From: an uncultured bacterium
GTDB taxonomy: Bacteria > Oederibacteriota > PGYV01 > CAWJRG01
Direction of reading: 5' to 3'
DNA length: 64,000 nt
Assembly (NCBI GenBank): GCA_963845185.1
Contig: CAWJRG010000001.1
Location: 64,001-128,000 of the forward strand
Position 1 is the stretch's first letter. Every line of letters starts with the position of its first letter. The notes beneath the pieces are model-generated. The model made no database searches. It was given only the letters and a program-made list of their open reading frames with translations, and had not been told where the DNA came from. This document shows positions 1 to 8,326 of this stretch, piece by piece. Position numbers and translations under genes: made by a program.

Positions 1-3000
1 CCTGCGCGTTTTTCCCGTCCCATGTAATATAGCTCACGCCTGAGGTTGTATAAACTATTCCTATAGGCAGCGCTCCATTGCCCACAGCCACCACATTATT
101 AACCTTTAATTCCATCTGGCCTCCTGTGGGATTCGGCTCTGATATTGTCTGTACAAGCTCTCCCGCGCTGTTGAATATATTCACCTGCACGTACTGGTCT
201 TCGTTAATCGCGGTTATCTGCTTTGTTATTATATCTGAATGCCCGTACGGGTCTATTGTCGTTTCTTTTATGTAATACACACCGTCCGCCACATTCTGGC
301 CCGCGCTGTTTGTCCCGTCCCATGTAAAGCTCGCGTACCCGTTTTTCTGCTGGTCAGGCGTCTCCAGGCCCGGCACCTTTATTGTCAGCGGTGTCCCTGA
401 ACCGGGCGACACCACTGTTGCCTGATTGCCGTTCAGCAGCAGCTGCACCTGCTGCGCCTCCTGCGATGTCGTAGTACTTACTATTGTTTTCACAAGCTCG
501 CCTGCTTCGTTATACACGCTTATGTTCATTACATACGGGAACGGCACAGGCGTTATAGTTATTGTCACTGTCTGCGTGTTTGTGGATGTGTATGTTATTG
601 TCGCGCTTAGCGTGTTTGTCGCCGTGTTTGTTGTAGTCAATGTTCTTGTGTTTGTCCACGTCATTGTTGCTGTTATTGTGTCCGTGTATGTGTATGTCTG
701 CGTAAGTGTGCTGGTATATGTCGGTGTCGACGTTGACGTGTATGTAGGAGTATCCACCGGCGTATCTGTGTATGTCGATGTCAATGTGTATGTGTATGTC
801 AGTGTAAGCGTGCTGCTTGAAGTAATGCTTACAGTAGGCGTGAACGTAGGCGTGTCTGTCGGCGTATCCGTGTTTGTCGGTGTATCTGTCGGCGTGCTGC
901 TAGGTGTCGGGCTTACAGTCGGCGTATCCGTCGGCGTATCTATTGGCGAATTCGTATATGTAGGTGTCGCTGTATCTGTCGGTGTCCACGTCGGTGTGTT
1001 TGTATACGTCGATGTCGGCGTACCCGTATCAGTTTCTGTACTTGTGTATGTATATGTCGGCGTATCTGACGGGGTATCAGTTTGCGTATATGTCAGGGTC
1101 GTTGTTTTTGTCACAGTATATGTAGGCGTGAACGTCGCTGACAGTATCACAACCGTGAATGTCATTGTTATCGTGTATGTCGGCGTATCTGTATTTGTAT
1201 ATGTAGGCGTCGACGTGCTTGTGTCAGTCACTGTCTGCGTGTATGTATATGTAGGTGATGTCGTGTTTGTGTACGTTGGTGTTGCCGTCGGTGTATCTGT
1301 CTGCGTGTCTGTCACGGTTATTGTCCTTGTTGCCGTGTATGTTGGCGTATATGTCGCGGACAGTATTACAACCGTGAATGTCATTGTTATAGTGTATGTC
1401 GGCGATACCGTATCCGTATATGTCCCTGTCGCCGTACTTGTGTCTGTTACTGTTTGCGTGTACGTGGATGTAGGCGATGTCGTGTTTGTGTATGTTGGTG
1501 TCGCCGTCGGCGTATCCGACTGCGTATCTGTCACGGTTATTGTCCTTGTTGCCGTGTATGTCGGCGTAAATGTCGCGGACAGTATCACCACCGTGAATGT
1601 CATTGTTATCGTGTATGTAGGCGTTACTGTATTTGTATATGACGCCGTATTCGTGCTTGTGTATGTTACTGTCTGCGTATATGTAGGTGTAGGCGATGTC
1701 GTGTTTGTGTATGTCGGTGTCGTAGTCGGCGTATCTGTCTGCGTATATGTCACGGTTATTGTCCTCGTTGCCGTGTATGTTGGCGTGAACGTAGCCGATA
1801 GTATTACAACCGTGAATGTCATTGTTATCGTGTATGTAGGTGATACCGTATCCGTATATGTCGCAGTATTCGTGCTTGTGTACGTCACTGTCCGCGTGTA
1901 TGTTGGCGTGGGTGACATTGTATCTGTGAATGTCGGCGTTGCCGTCATTGTAACCGTCTGCGTGTCTGTCAGGGTTATTGTATCTGTAGGCGTATTTGTC
2001 CTGGTTATCGTGTATGTTGGCGTATATGTCGCGGATAATATAACGACAGTGAATGTCATTGTTATCGTATATGTCGGCGTCACTGTATTTGTAACTGACG
2101 GCGTATTCGTCATTGTGTCTGTGTATGTGTATGTATATGTCACTGTCCTCGTGTATGTCGGCGTCGGCGACATCGTATCCGTGTATGTAGGCGTCGCTGT
2201 CGGCGTCACTGTCTGCGTATCTGTAAGCGTTATTGTATACGTCGGTGTATTTGTCCTGGTTATCGTAAATGTCGGCGTATATGTCGCGGACAGTATCACT
2301 ACAGTGAATGTCATTGTTATCGTGTATGTCGGCGTTATTGTAGACGTATCAGTAGGCGTTACCGTAACGGTATCCGTATATGTATATGTGTATGTGACTG
2401 TGCGGGTGTATGTCGGCGTCGGTGATGCCGTGTTTGTGAATGTCGGCGTAGGGGTCGGTGTATCAGTCAGAGTGAATGTCGGAGTATATGTCCTGGTAAA
2501 TGTCACTGATACTGTAATTGTCACTGTTGAAGTATAAGTCGGCGTCGCTGTCACCGTAACAGTATTTGTATATGTGTATGTCACTGTCTGAGTGTATGTA
2601 GGCGTATACGTCCTGGTAAATGTAACTGACACTGTATCTGTCACAGTTAAAGTGTCGGTCGGCGTAGGCGTCACTGTAATTGTATCTGTGTATGTATACG
2701 TCACTGTCCGCGTGTATGTGGGCGTCGGCGATAGCGTGTTTGTGAATGTCGGCGTCGGTGTCGGCGTATCAGTCTGCGTGTATGTCGGCGTATCTGTCCT
2801 TGTGAATGTAACTGACACTGTATTTGTCACTGTTAAAGTAAACGTAGGCGTCGGCGTTATGGTGACGGTATCCGTGTATGTATATGTAACTGTCTGGGTG
2901 TATGTGGCCGTCGGCGTATTTGTCCTTGTAAATGTCGGTGTGGGTGTTGATGTATTTGTATATGTAGGTGTATATGTATTCGTGTATGTCGGCGTCTGCG

Positions 3001-5323
3001 TAGGCGTATTTGTCCTTGTCGCTGAAGGCGTATAAGTATTTGTATAAGTGTAAGTATATGTGTAAGTGTATGTTACTGTGTTTGTATAAGTATCTGTCGG
3101 CGTCGGGGTCCTTGTAAATGTCGGCGACGGCGTATTTGTATAAGTATACGTGCTTGTCGGCGTATCTGTCCTGGTAAATGTATATGTTGGAGTAAATGTT
3201 GGCGTGGGTGATGCATTTGGGTTAACAGTAGGTGTAGGTGTCATTGTAGGTGTTACAGTGAAAGTCGGGGATACGCACGAAACGCTGAATACCACAGGAT
3301 TTGAAAATTCTGAGACTATGCCTGTCGCGCCTATGCCTCCGACATTTGTAAAAGTCACGGCGCACGCTGATGTTGTTGCCCACCACGTGTATGAGCCGCT
3401 CTGGTCGCTTATATTGCCCATGCTCCAGTTTAGCAAGCCGCCTGTATCTGTCCCGACCGGATTTGAATTTACATAAGTCAACCCTGTCGGTATCGTGTCA
3501 AACAATGTCGCGTTTGCTGCTACTCTTGGGATAAGTGTAGTAAAGTTATTATATGAATCCTGCACACTGCCATCCTGGTCGCCTCCCTGCTCGTTCACGC
3601 CGGGCCTCCAGTCAGTGTATGTAGCGCCTGTACCACAGTTAAAATCAGTAGTAGCCGCGCCAGTGTCTGTCCATGTTATCTGGTATGCTGTCGGCTCAGG
3701 CTGGCCCACTAACCAAATCTTTGACTGGAACACATAATCATTGCCGTTTTGCGTCATCCATGTCTTTGTATGGTACCATGTATTCGCTGTTATTGTCAAA
3801 GTTGTGCCGCCAGTCTGCGCCGGCGAATATATACATGAACCCGATCCTGTACCCAAGCATTTCTGGTATGCTATATAAGCATTTGCCGGAGCCGTATCTA
3901 TTGATAAAAGCAGGTTATAAGTACGCAGGTTCGTATCTGTGTACCCATTTGCCCTTAAAATTATCAGGGCATCCGCGCCCGGGTAATCCCCGGGATTAAT
4001 CATTGCATCTGCTTCAACTATACCTGTGCACATCTGAACATTGGCAGGTGTCGGGTCGTCTAATAGCAATCCCGGATACTGGGCAGCTGCCGAAACACTG
4101 CCTGTCATTATCCTGTCGCCGGTACCACACGGGTCTGATATTGTCCACGTGCCGTTATATGTTCCGCCAAAAGGCAAAAACTTCCATCCCGAAGGCGGCA
4201 AGCCTGAATAAGCCCCTGTTGTAGTATCGTCAAATGACCTGTATGCCTTGAGCTGGTCCCCGTTTACCTGGTAATTGAGATAATATGTTATTGTAATTGA
4301 AGCGCCTGTAGTTTTTATAAAACTTGTCTGGCTCTCTATTTTTTGCACTGATATTGCTGCCTGGCCAACAGTCAGCGTCGCTGATGAACTGGTGTTATTT
4401 GTGTTAGCTGTGCCGTTTGCTGTATTTACCACCTGCGTGCCTGATGCCATTGCCGTGGTCATCCTCAATAGCATCCATACTGTCCCCGATTTTGTATAAG
4501 TTGAGGTTGGGAACGTCCATGTTACTGTGCCTGAAGTAGAACCTACCGCAGGCGAGCTCACTGTTCCTCCTGTTATTGAAGCAGGCCCTACTGACACGAG
4601 CGCCAGGCTGCCTCCGCCTGGTATAGCGTCTGTTATTGTAAGCGGCCCATTGCCGTATGTGTAATCTACGGAAAACAAAACCAGGTCCCCTACATTTTGC
4701 AAAACACCTTCTACCCTTTTATTTAATGCAAGTGAATTCGCGGGCGGCGCAGGTACGGTCCATGATACTACGTTCATTTCACAGCCGGTTAAAGCAGGCC
4801 AGCCTCCCGATGAACCTTCAAGGTCGTACTCTGCCGTACCTACAAGTAAATAAAGCGTGCTTGCGTTTCCGTTGCATGCTGACGCACCCAGGTCGCTTGC
4901 GACCGGCATGGTAAGGTTGTATGTCAATGTGCGTAGTCCGCCGTTGGAACCGCTGCAATCAGTGCAGGTGTCTTCATTATACGCTACATTTGACACTGCT
5001 TCGTACCCAAGTTCACCGCCCTGCCATAGATTCTGGTATGTATTTTTTACATTTACGCCGTTAACGCCTACCAGAAAAATCTGCTTTCCTGAACCTGGGG
5101 TTGATGGTGTATTTTGTGTACTTATTGCGACTCCTATATATGCCCCTCCGCTGTCCTCATCGCATATTTGCATGGTCAAAACAAAAGCCTGTCCCCATCC
5201 TGGGTTTGCAGGAGACATTGAAATAGACTCAACTTTCGGTCCCGCAGCATATAGGAGAGTACCTAATAAGGAAACAAGTGCTGTTAATATAAAAACCTTT
5301 TTTAACATTCTTAAGTTAAACAA
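1..5323 (-). CDS. Giant secreted Thr-rich surface protein (DUF11-like and ConA/LamG-like N-terminal domains, long T-x-T stalk, FlgD-Ig-like C-terminal domains); runs off the left edge
   Basis: Absent from the ORF track because there is no stop in the window. Manual reading gives (LFNLR)MLKKVFILTALVSLLGTLLYAAG.. with TTG 5323 (GGAG upstream) or ATG 5308. The same frame reads ..ITWDGKNAQ at positions 2-28. C-terminal part is paralogous to 8327..13498. Interior not checked codon by codon. Confidence 0.85.
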   Translation of the reverse strand, partial: MFNLRMLKKVFILTALVSLLGTLLYAAGPKVESISMSPANPGWGQAFVLTMQICDEDSGGAYIGVAISTQNTPSTPGSGKQIFLVGVNGVNVKNTYQNLWQGGELGYEAVSNVAYNEDTCTDCSGSNGGLRTLTYNLTMPVASDLGASACNGNASTLYLLVGTAEYDLEGSSGGWPALTGCEMNVVSWTVPAPPANSLALNKRVEGVLQNVGDLVLFSVDYTYGNGPLTITDAIPGGGSLALVSVGPASITGGTVSSPAVGSTSGTVTWTFPTSTYTKSGTVWMLLRMTTAMASGTQVVNTANGTANTNNTSSSATLTVGQAAISVQKIESQTSFIKTTGASITITYYLNYQVNGDQLKAYRSFDDTTTGAYSGLPPSGWKFLPFGGTYNGTWTISDPCGTGDRIMTGSVSAAAQYPGLLLDDPTPANVQMCTGIVEADAMINPGDYPGADALIILRANGYTDTNLRTYNLLLSIDTAPANAYIAYQKCLGTGSGSCIYSPAQTGGTTLTITANTWYHTKTWMTQNGNDYVFQSKIWLVGQPEPTAYQITWTDTGAATTDFNCGTGATYTDWRPGVNEQGGDQDGSVQDSYNNFTTLIPRVAANATLFDTIPTGLTYVNSNPVGTDTGGLLNWSMGNISDQSGSYTWWATTSACAVTFTNVGGIGATGIVSEFSNPVVFSVSCVSPTFTVTPTMTPTPTVNPNASPTPTFTPTYTFTRTDTPTSTYTYTNTPSPTFTRTPTPTDTYTNTVTYTYTYTYTYTNTYTPSATRTNTPTQTPTYTNTYTPTYTNTSTPTPTFTRTNTPTATYTQTVTYTYTDTVTITPTPTFTLTVTNTVSVTFTRTDTPTYTQTDTPTPTPTFTNTLSPTPTYTRTVTYTYTDTITVTPTPTDTLTVTDTVSVTFTRTYTPTYTQTVTYTYTNTVTVTATPTYTSTVTITVSVTFTRTYTPTFTLTDTPTPTPTFTNTASPTPTYTRTVTYTYTYTDTVTVTPTDTSTITPTYTITMTFTVVILSATYTPTFTITRTNTPTYTITLTDTQTVTPTATPTYTDTMSPTPTYTRTVTYTYTYTDTMTNTPSVTNTVTPTYTITMTFTVVILSATYTPTYTITRTNTPTDTITLTDTQTVTMTATPTFTDTMSPTPTYTRTVTYTSTNTATYTDTVSPTYTITMTFTVVILSATFTPTYTATRTITVTYTQTDTPTTTPTYTNTTSPTPTYTQTVTYTSTNTASYTNTVTPTYTITMTFTVVILSATFTPTYTATRTITVTDTQSDTPTATPTYTNTTSPTSTYTQTVTDTSTATGTYTDTVSPTYTITMTFTVVILSATYTPTYTATRTITVTDTQTDTPTATPTYTNTTSPTYTYTQTVTDTSTSTPTYTNTDTPTYTITMTFTVVILSATFTPTYTVTKTTTLTYTQTDTPSDTPTYTYTSTETDTGTPTSTYTNTPTWTPTDTATPTYTNSPIDTPTDTPTVSPTPSSTPTDTPTNTDTPTDTPTFTPTVSITSSSTLTLTYTYTLTSTYTDTPVDTPTYTSTSTPTYTSTLTQTYTYTDTITATMTWTNTRTLTTTNTATNTLSATITYTSTNTQTVTITITPVPFPYVMNISVYNEAGELVKTIVSTTTSQEAQQVQLLLNGNQATVVSPGSGTPLTIKVPGLETPDQQKNGYASFTWDGTNSAGQNVADGVYYIKETTIDPYGHSDIITKQITAINEDQYVQVNIFNSAGELVQTISEPNPTGGQMELKVNNVVAVGNGALPIGIVYTTSGVSYITWDGKNAQ

Positions 5324-5348
5324 GTATCGTCTCCATTGTTCAATAGAG

Positions 5349-5383
5349 TGTCATTGCGAGAAGCGTAGCGACGAAGCAATCTC
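5349..5383. repeat. REP/RPE-like palindrome half (TGTCATTGCGAG..AGCGACGAAGCAATCTC)
   Basis: Resembles the widespread GTCATTGCGAG..GAAGCAATC short palindromic repeat; second arm not seen. Confidence 0.55.
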
Positions 5384-5470
5384 GCCTTTAGAGGACCACG
5401 CTCCCTTTAATTGCCCGCAATCACAAAAACATTAGTTTTTCATTAATATTTTAAAGGTTAATACTAAGTT

Positions 5471-5498
5471 TTAGACAACAAAAAAGCGTTTTAGTTTC
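5471..5498 (-). promoter_or_regulatory. Putative ECF sigma promoter GAAACT-N16-GTCTAA
   Basis: Identical hexamers and spacing recur at 13607-13634 upstream of the paralogous gene. Confidence 0.65.
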
Positions 5499-5636
5499 GG
5501 TGTATTTTTATCTATTTTTTACTATATTTTATTGGCTAGTGGAGCTACTTTAAAAACCACCGGAGGTTTATCATAAGCTCCCTCCGGAAAGATATAATTC
5601 AATCCCCCAAACCCGGTTGGGGGATTGCTTTCTGGA

Positions 5637-5665
5637 TTTATAGCACATTTTATGCATTTTATCAA
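5637..5665 (-). promoter_or_regulatory. Putative sigma70 promoter TTGATA-N17-TATAAA (extended -10 TG)
   Basis: Consensus-like hexamers with 17-nt spacing just upstream of a hairpin-rich leader. Confidence 0.45.
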
Positions 5666-5758
5666 TTATAAAAGTAATCTTTTGTTTGTTTTATACCTAA
5701 TTTTCGGCTGATTTGTAAATGTTTTGTCCTATAAATCGTCTAAAAAATCAAACCAATT

Positions 5759-8197
5759 TTAATCACCTTGAATTTTCTTGATCATATCATATGCTTGCTT
5801 AAGTCCCAATTCTCCGGCCTTATTTAAATCTTCAATTGCTCCTTGTTTATCTCCTAAATTATTTTTAACAATTCCCCTGTTATAATAAGAAACCGCATAT
5901 CTTTGATTAAGTTCTATTGCTTTATTTAAATCCTTTAATGCGCCCTGCTTATCACCTAAATGATATCTAGCAACTCCGCGGTTACAATAAGTTTCCGCAT
6001 ACTTTGGATCAATCTCAATTGCCCTATTATAGTCTTCAATAGCTTCTTTATAATCACCTGAGCTGTTTTCGGCATCTCCCGACTGCAGATATTTACCCGC
6101 TTTATTATTATCAGAACTAACTAATTCAAGAACCTTGCTGTCATGGCTGCCATAATTTTTTGCATTTTCAAACATTTCCTTTGCCATTTTCAAATTTCCA
6201 TCCTTAAAATAAACAATCCCAAGTTCCTGATAAGCCTGCCAATAATCATGTTTCAACCCTATAGCCTTATTTAAATATTTTATTTGGTTGTCTTTGTCAT
6301 TTAAATCTTTATAAATATAAGATAATTTATAATAAAAAATAGGTTTATTTTCTTTCATTTCGCCTTCATAAGGAAAAAGCATAGCTTTTTTATAAAGTTT
6401 TAGTGCTCCGGCCGGATTTCCATCATGTAAAAGGTCCTCGCCCTGCAGCATCATGCAATAAAGATAAAATACAACGAGGTCTAAAGTTTGTTTGCTATAT
6501 TCAATGTATTTATCATATAATCCTCGATTATAAGAATAAAGCTCAAATATTTTAGGAGACATTGGTTTATCGTTTTTTAAATATTCCTGCAATAAACCAA
6601 TTTGTTTGAAATTATACCCTTTTAAATTATCCAGGAGTGGTGAATTTGTACTTTTAAATATTTTGATATTATTATTGCTGTAGTAAGTAATAATATTGCT
6701 TAAATTGTACGATGGATCTTTTTCTTTTAGTGGGATATTCCCGTATTTTTTAACAAAATTATCTATTCCCCATTTAAAGAATAAAGGAAATACGGATGCA
6801 AGTTTTACATCTTGTCTTTGTTTTTCAATTATTTGAATATAATAAAGCGGTATAAAATTAAAGTCGTCTTCGCAAAAATATAAACTATCCTTGTCTAAGG
6901 TTTTTAAAATATTATTACCGAAATCATATGCCTGATAATTATACCTGCTGTTGTTTTTTTTAAAATTTTTGTATCCAATAAATAATATAAATAAAAAAAT
7001 TACGGCCAAAAAAATATATTTAAAAGTTTTTTGTTTAAAAAATCCTAAAATAAAATGCATTCCTGCGGTAAGAAATAACAACAAAATATATTGGAACGGC
7101 ATAAGAAAAATACTGATAACCCATAGCAACCTTTCTTCGCTGTGGTTGTAGAAAACGACTGCAAAAATGATTATTAGAACTGCACTTAAATAAAAATAAA
7201 AAAGGTTTTTACTCTTTTTATTTATTGTATAACCGCCTGCAAACATTAAAATCCAAAGAATAGAATAATTGTTGAATAAAAGCGTAAAAAATTCTTTTAT
7301 TTGGTTTTCATATAGCTGTAAAGTTGGAGGCGTAGGATTACCATACGCAGTTCTTAATACTGTCCACCAAAAATATTCCCACGTGTTTGGTCTTGCCATA
7401 AAAACAAAAATGCCGTCTGTGCCGGCTCTTACAGGCAGGTAAAGATACGGGCTTAAACCGGCAAGCAGAAGCAAAATTATTGTAATAGTGTTTTTCTGAT
7501 TTATTTTTTGTCTGTATATAAAGAATATATATCCAAAAACCGGCAAAAGTATTATCATGCTGGGCCAGTGATTGCAAAGTGAAAGCCCGTAAATAAACGA
7601 CATAAGATAAAGATATTTAATAGCGGAGCTACCCGCTTTCATAGGCTCCTCAATATGCTCCCTCCCCGAAGCACTATCAATCCCAGCCTCTACAGCAGGC
7701 TGGGATTTTCGCGAAGCGGGATTAAACCCTTTAAATAATTTTATGCTTAGATATATCAATATTGCAAGAAACAAAAGATTCAGTATATATATGCCGCCTT
7801 TTGCCTCAATAGCCTGATTCCAGAAAATATAGGAAAAAGCCAGTATGAAAACGCCAAAAAAATCTATTATTTTATTTTCATAATTTAAAATATTAAAAGT
7901 AATTTGTTTGATAATATAATAACTTAATAACAGAACCAATATGGCAAGAAATATGGCAAATGAATTAATCCTGAAAGCTGGCGAGCCAATTGGCAATAAC
8001 GAAAACACTTTTCCAGCCATTGTGAAAAGCGGGTATCCGGGCGGGTGGCTTATTCCGAGGGTATATGCGGATGCTATTGTTTCAGGCGAGTCGTCATTGT
8101 TGAACGCAGGAAACATGGTATAAAGATACAATTGGGATATGGCTATTAAAGAAACCATTAGTATTATAATTTCTTTGTATTTTTTAATCATTTTCAC
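5759..8197 (-). CDS. DUF2723 / TMEM260-like GT-C glycosyltransferase with C-terminal TPRs
   Basis: N-terminal motif DDSPETIASAYTLGISHPPGYPLF, multiple TM helices, WNQAIEAKGGIY, TPR repeats (YNRAIEIDPKYAETYCNRG). Confidence 0.85.
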   Translation of the reverse strand: MKMIKKYKEIIILMVSLIAISQLYLYTMFPAFNNDDSPETIASAYTLGISHPPGYPLFTMAGKVFSLLPIGSPAFRINSFAIFLAILVLLLSYYIIKQITFNILNYENKIIDFFGVFILAFSYIFWNQAIEAKGGIYILNLLFLAILIYLSIKLFKGFNPASRKSQPAVEAGIDSASGREHIEEPMKAGSSAIKYLYLMSFIYGLSLCNHWPSMIILLPVFGYIFFIYRQKINQKNTITIILLLLAGLSPYLYLPVRAGTDGIFVFMARPNTWEYFWWTVLRTAYGNPTPPTLQLYENQIKEFFTLLFNNYSILWILMFAGGYTINKKSKNLFYFYLSAVLIIIFAVVFYNHSEERLLWVISIFLMPFQYILLLFLTAGMHFILGFFKQKTFKYIFLAVIFLFILFIGYKNFKKNNSRYNYQAYDFGNNILKTLDKDSLYFCEDDFNFIPLYYIQIIEKQRQDVKLASVFPLFFKWGIDNFVKKYGNIPLKEKDPSYNLSNIITYYSNNNIKIFKSTNSPLLDNLKGYNFKQIGLLQEYLKNDKPMSPKIFELYSYNRGLYDKYIEYSKQTLDLVVFYLYCMMLQGEDLLHDGNPAGALKLYKKAMLFPYEGEMKENKPIFYYKLSYIYKDLNDKDNQIKYLNKAIGLKHDYWQAYQELGIVYFKDGNLKMAKEMFENAKNYGSHDSKVLELVSSDNNKAGKYLQSGDAENSSGDYKEAIEDYNRAIEIDPKYAETYCNRGVARYHLGDKQGALKDLNKAIELNQRYAVSYYNRGIVKNNLGDKQGAIEDLNKAGELGLKQAYDMIKKIQGD
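7622..7720. repeat. 99-bp GC-rich palindromic element inserted in frame in the DUF2723 gene
   Basis: Adds PASRKSQPAVEAGIDSASGREHIEEPMKAGSSA, absent from paralog 20845..23187; hairpins ATCCCAGCCT/AGGCTGGGAT and CCCGCTT/AAGCGGG. Confidence 0.75.
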
Positions 8198-8280
8198 CCT
8201 TGCAATTGTTTTTTATATTGCTCCCCATTAATTTACCACAAAGAAATATTTTTTCTATCAAAAGTCGTACTTATTTAAAC

Positions 8281-8307
8281 AAAAAAGGCGGCTTTTGCCG
8301 CCTTTTT
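8281..8307 (-). terminator. Intrinsic terminator (possibly bidirectional)
   Basis: AAAAAAGGCGGC-TTTT-GCCGCCTTTTT just after the stop at 8327. Confidence 0.85.
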
Positions 8308-8326
8308 AACAACTTATTGCCAAATA

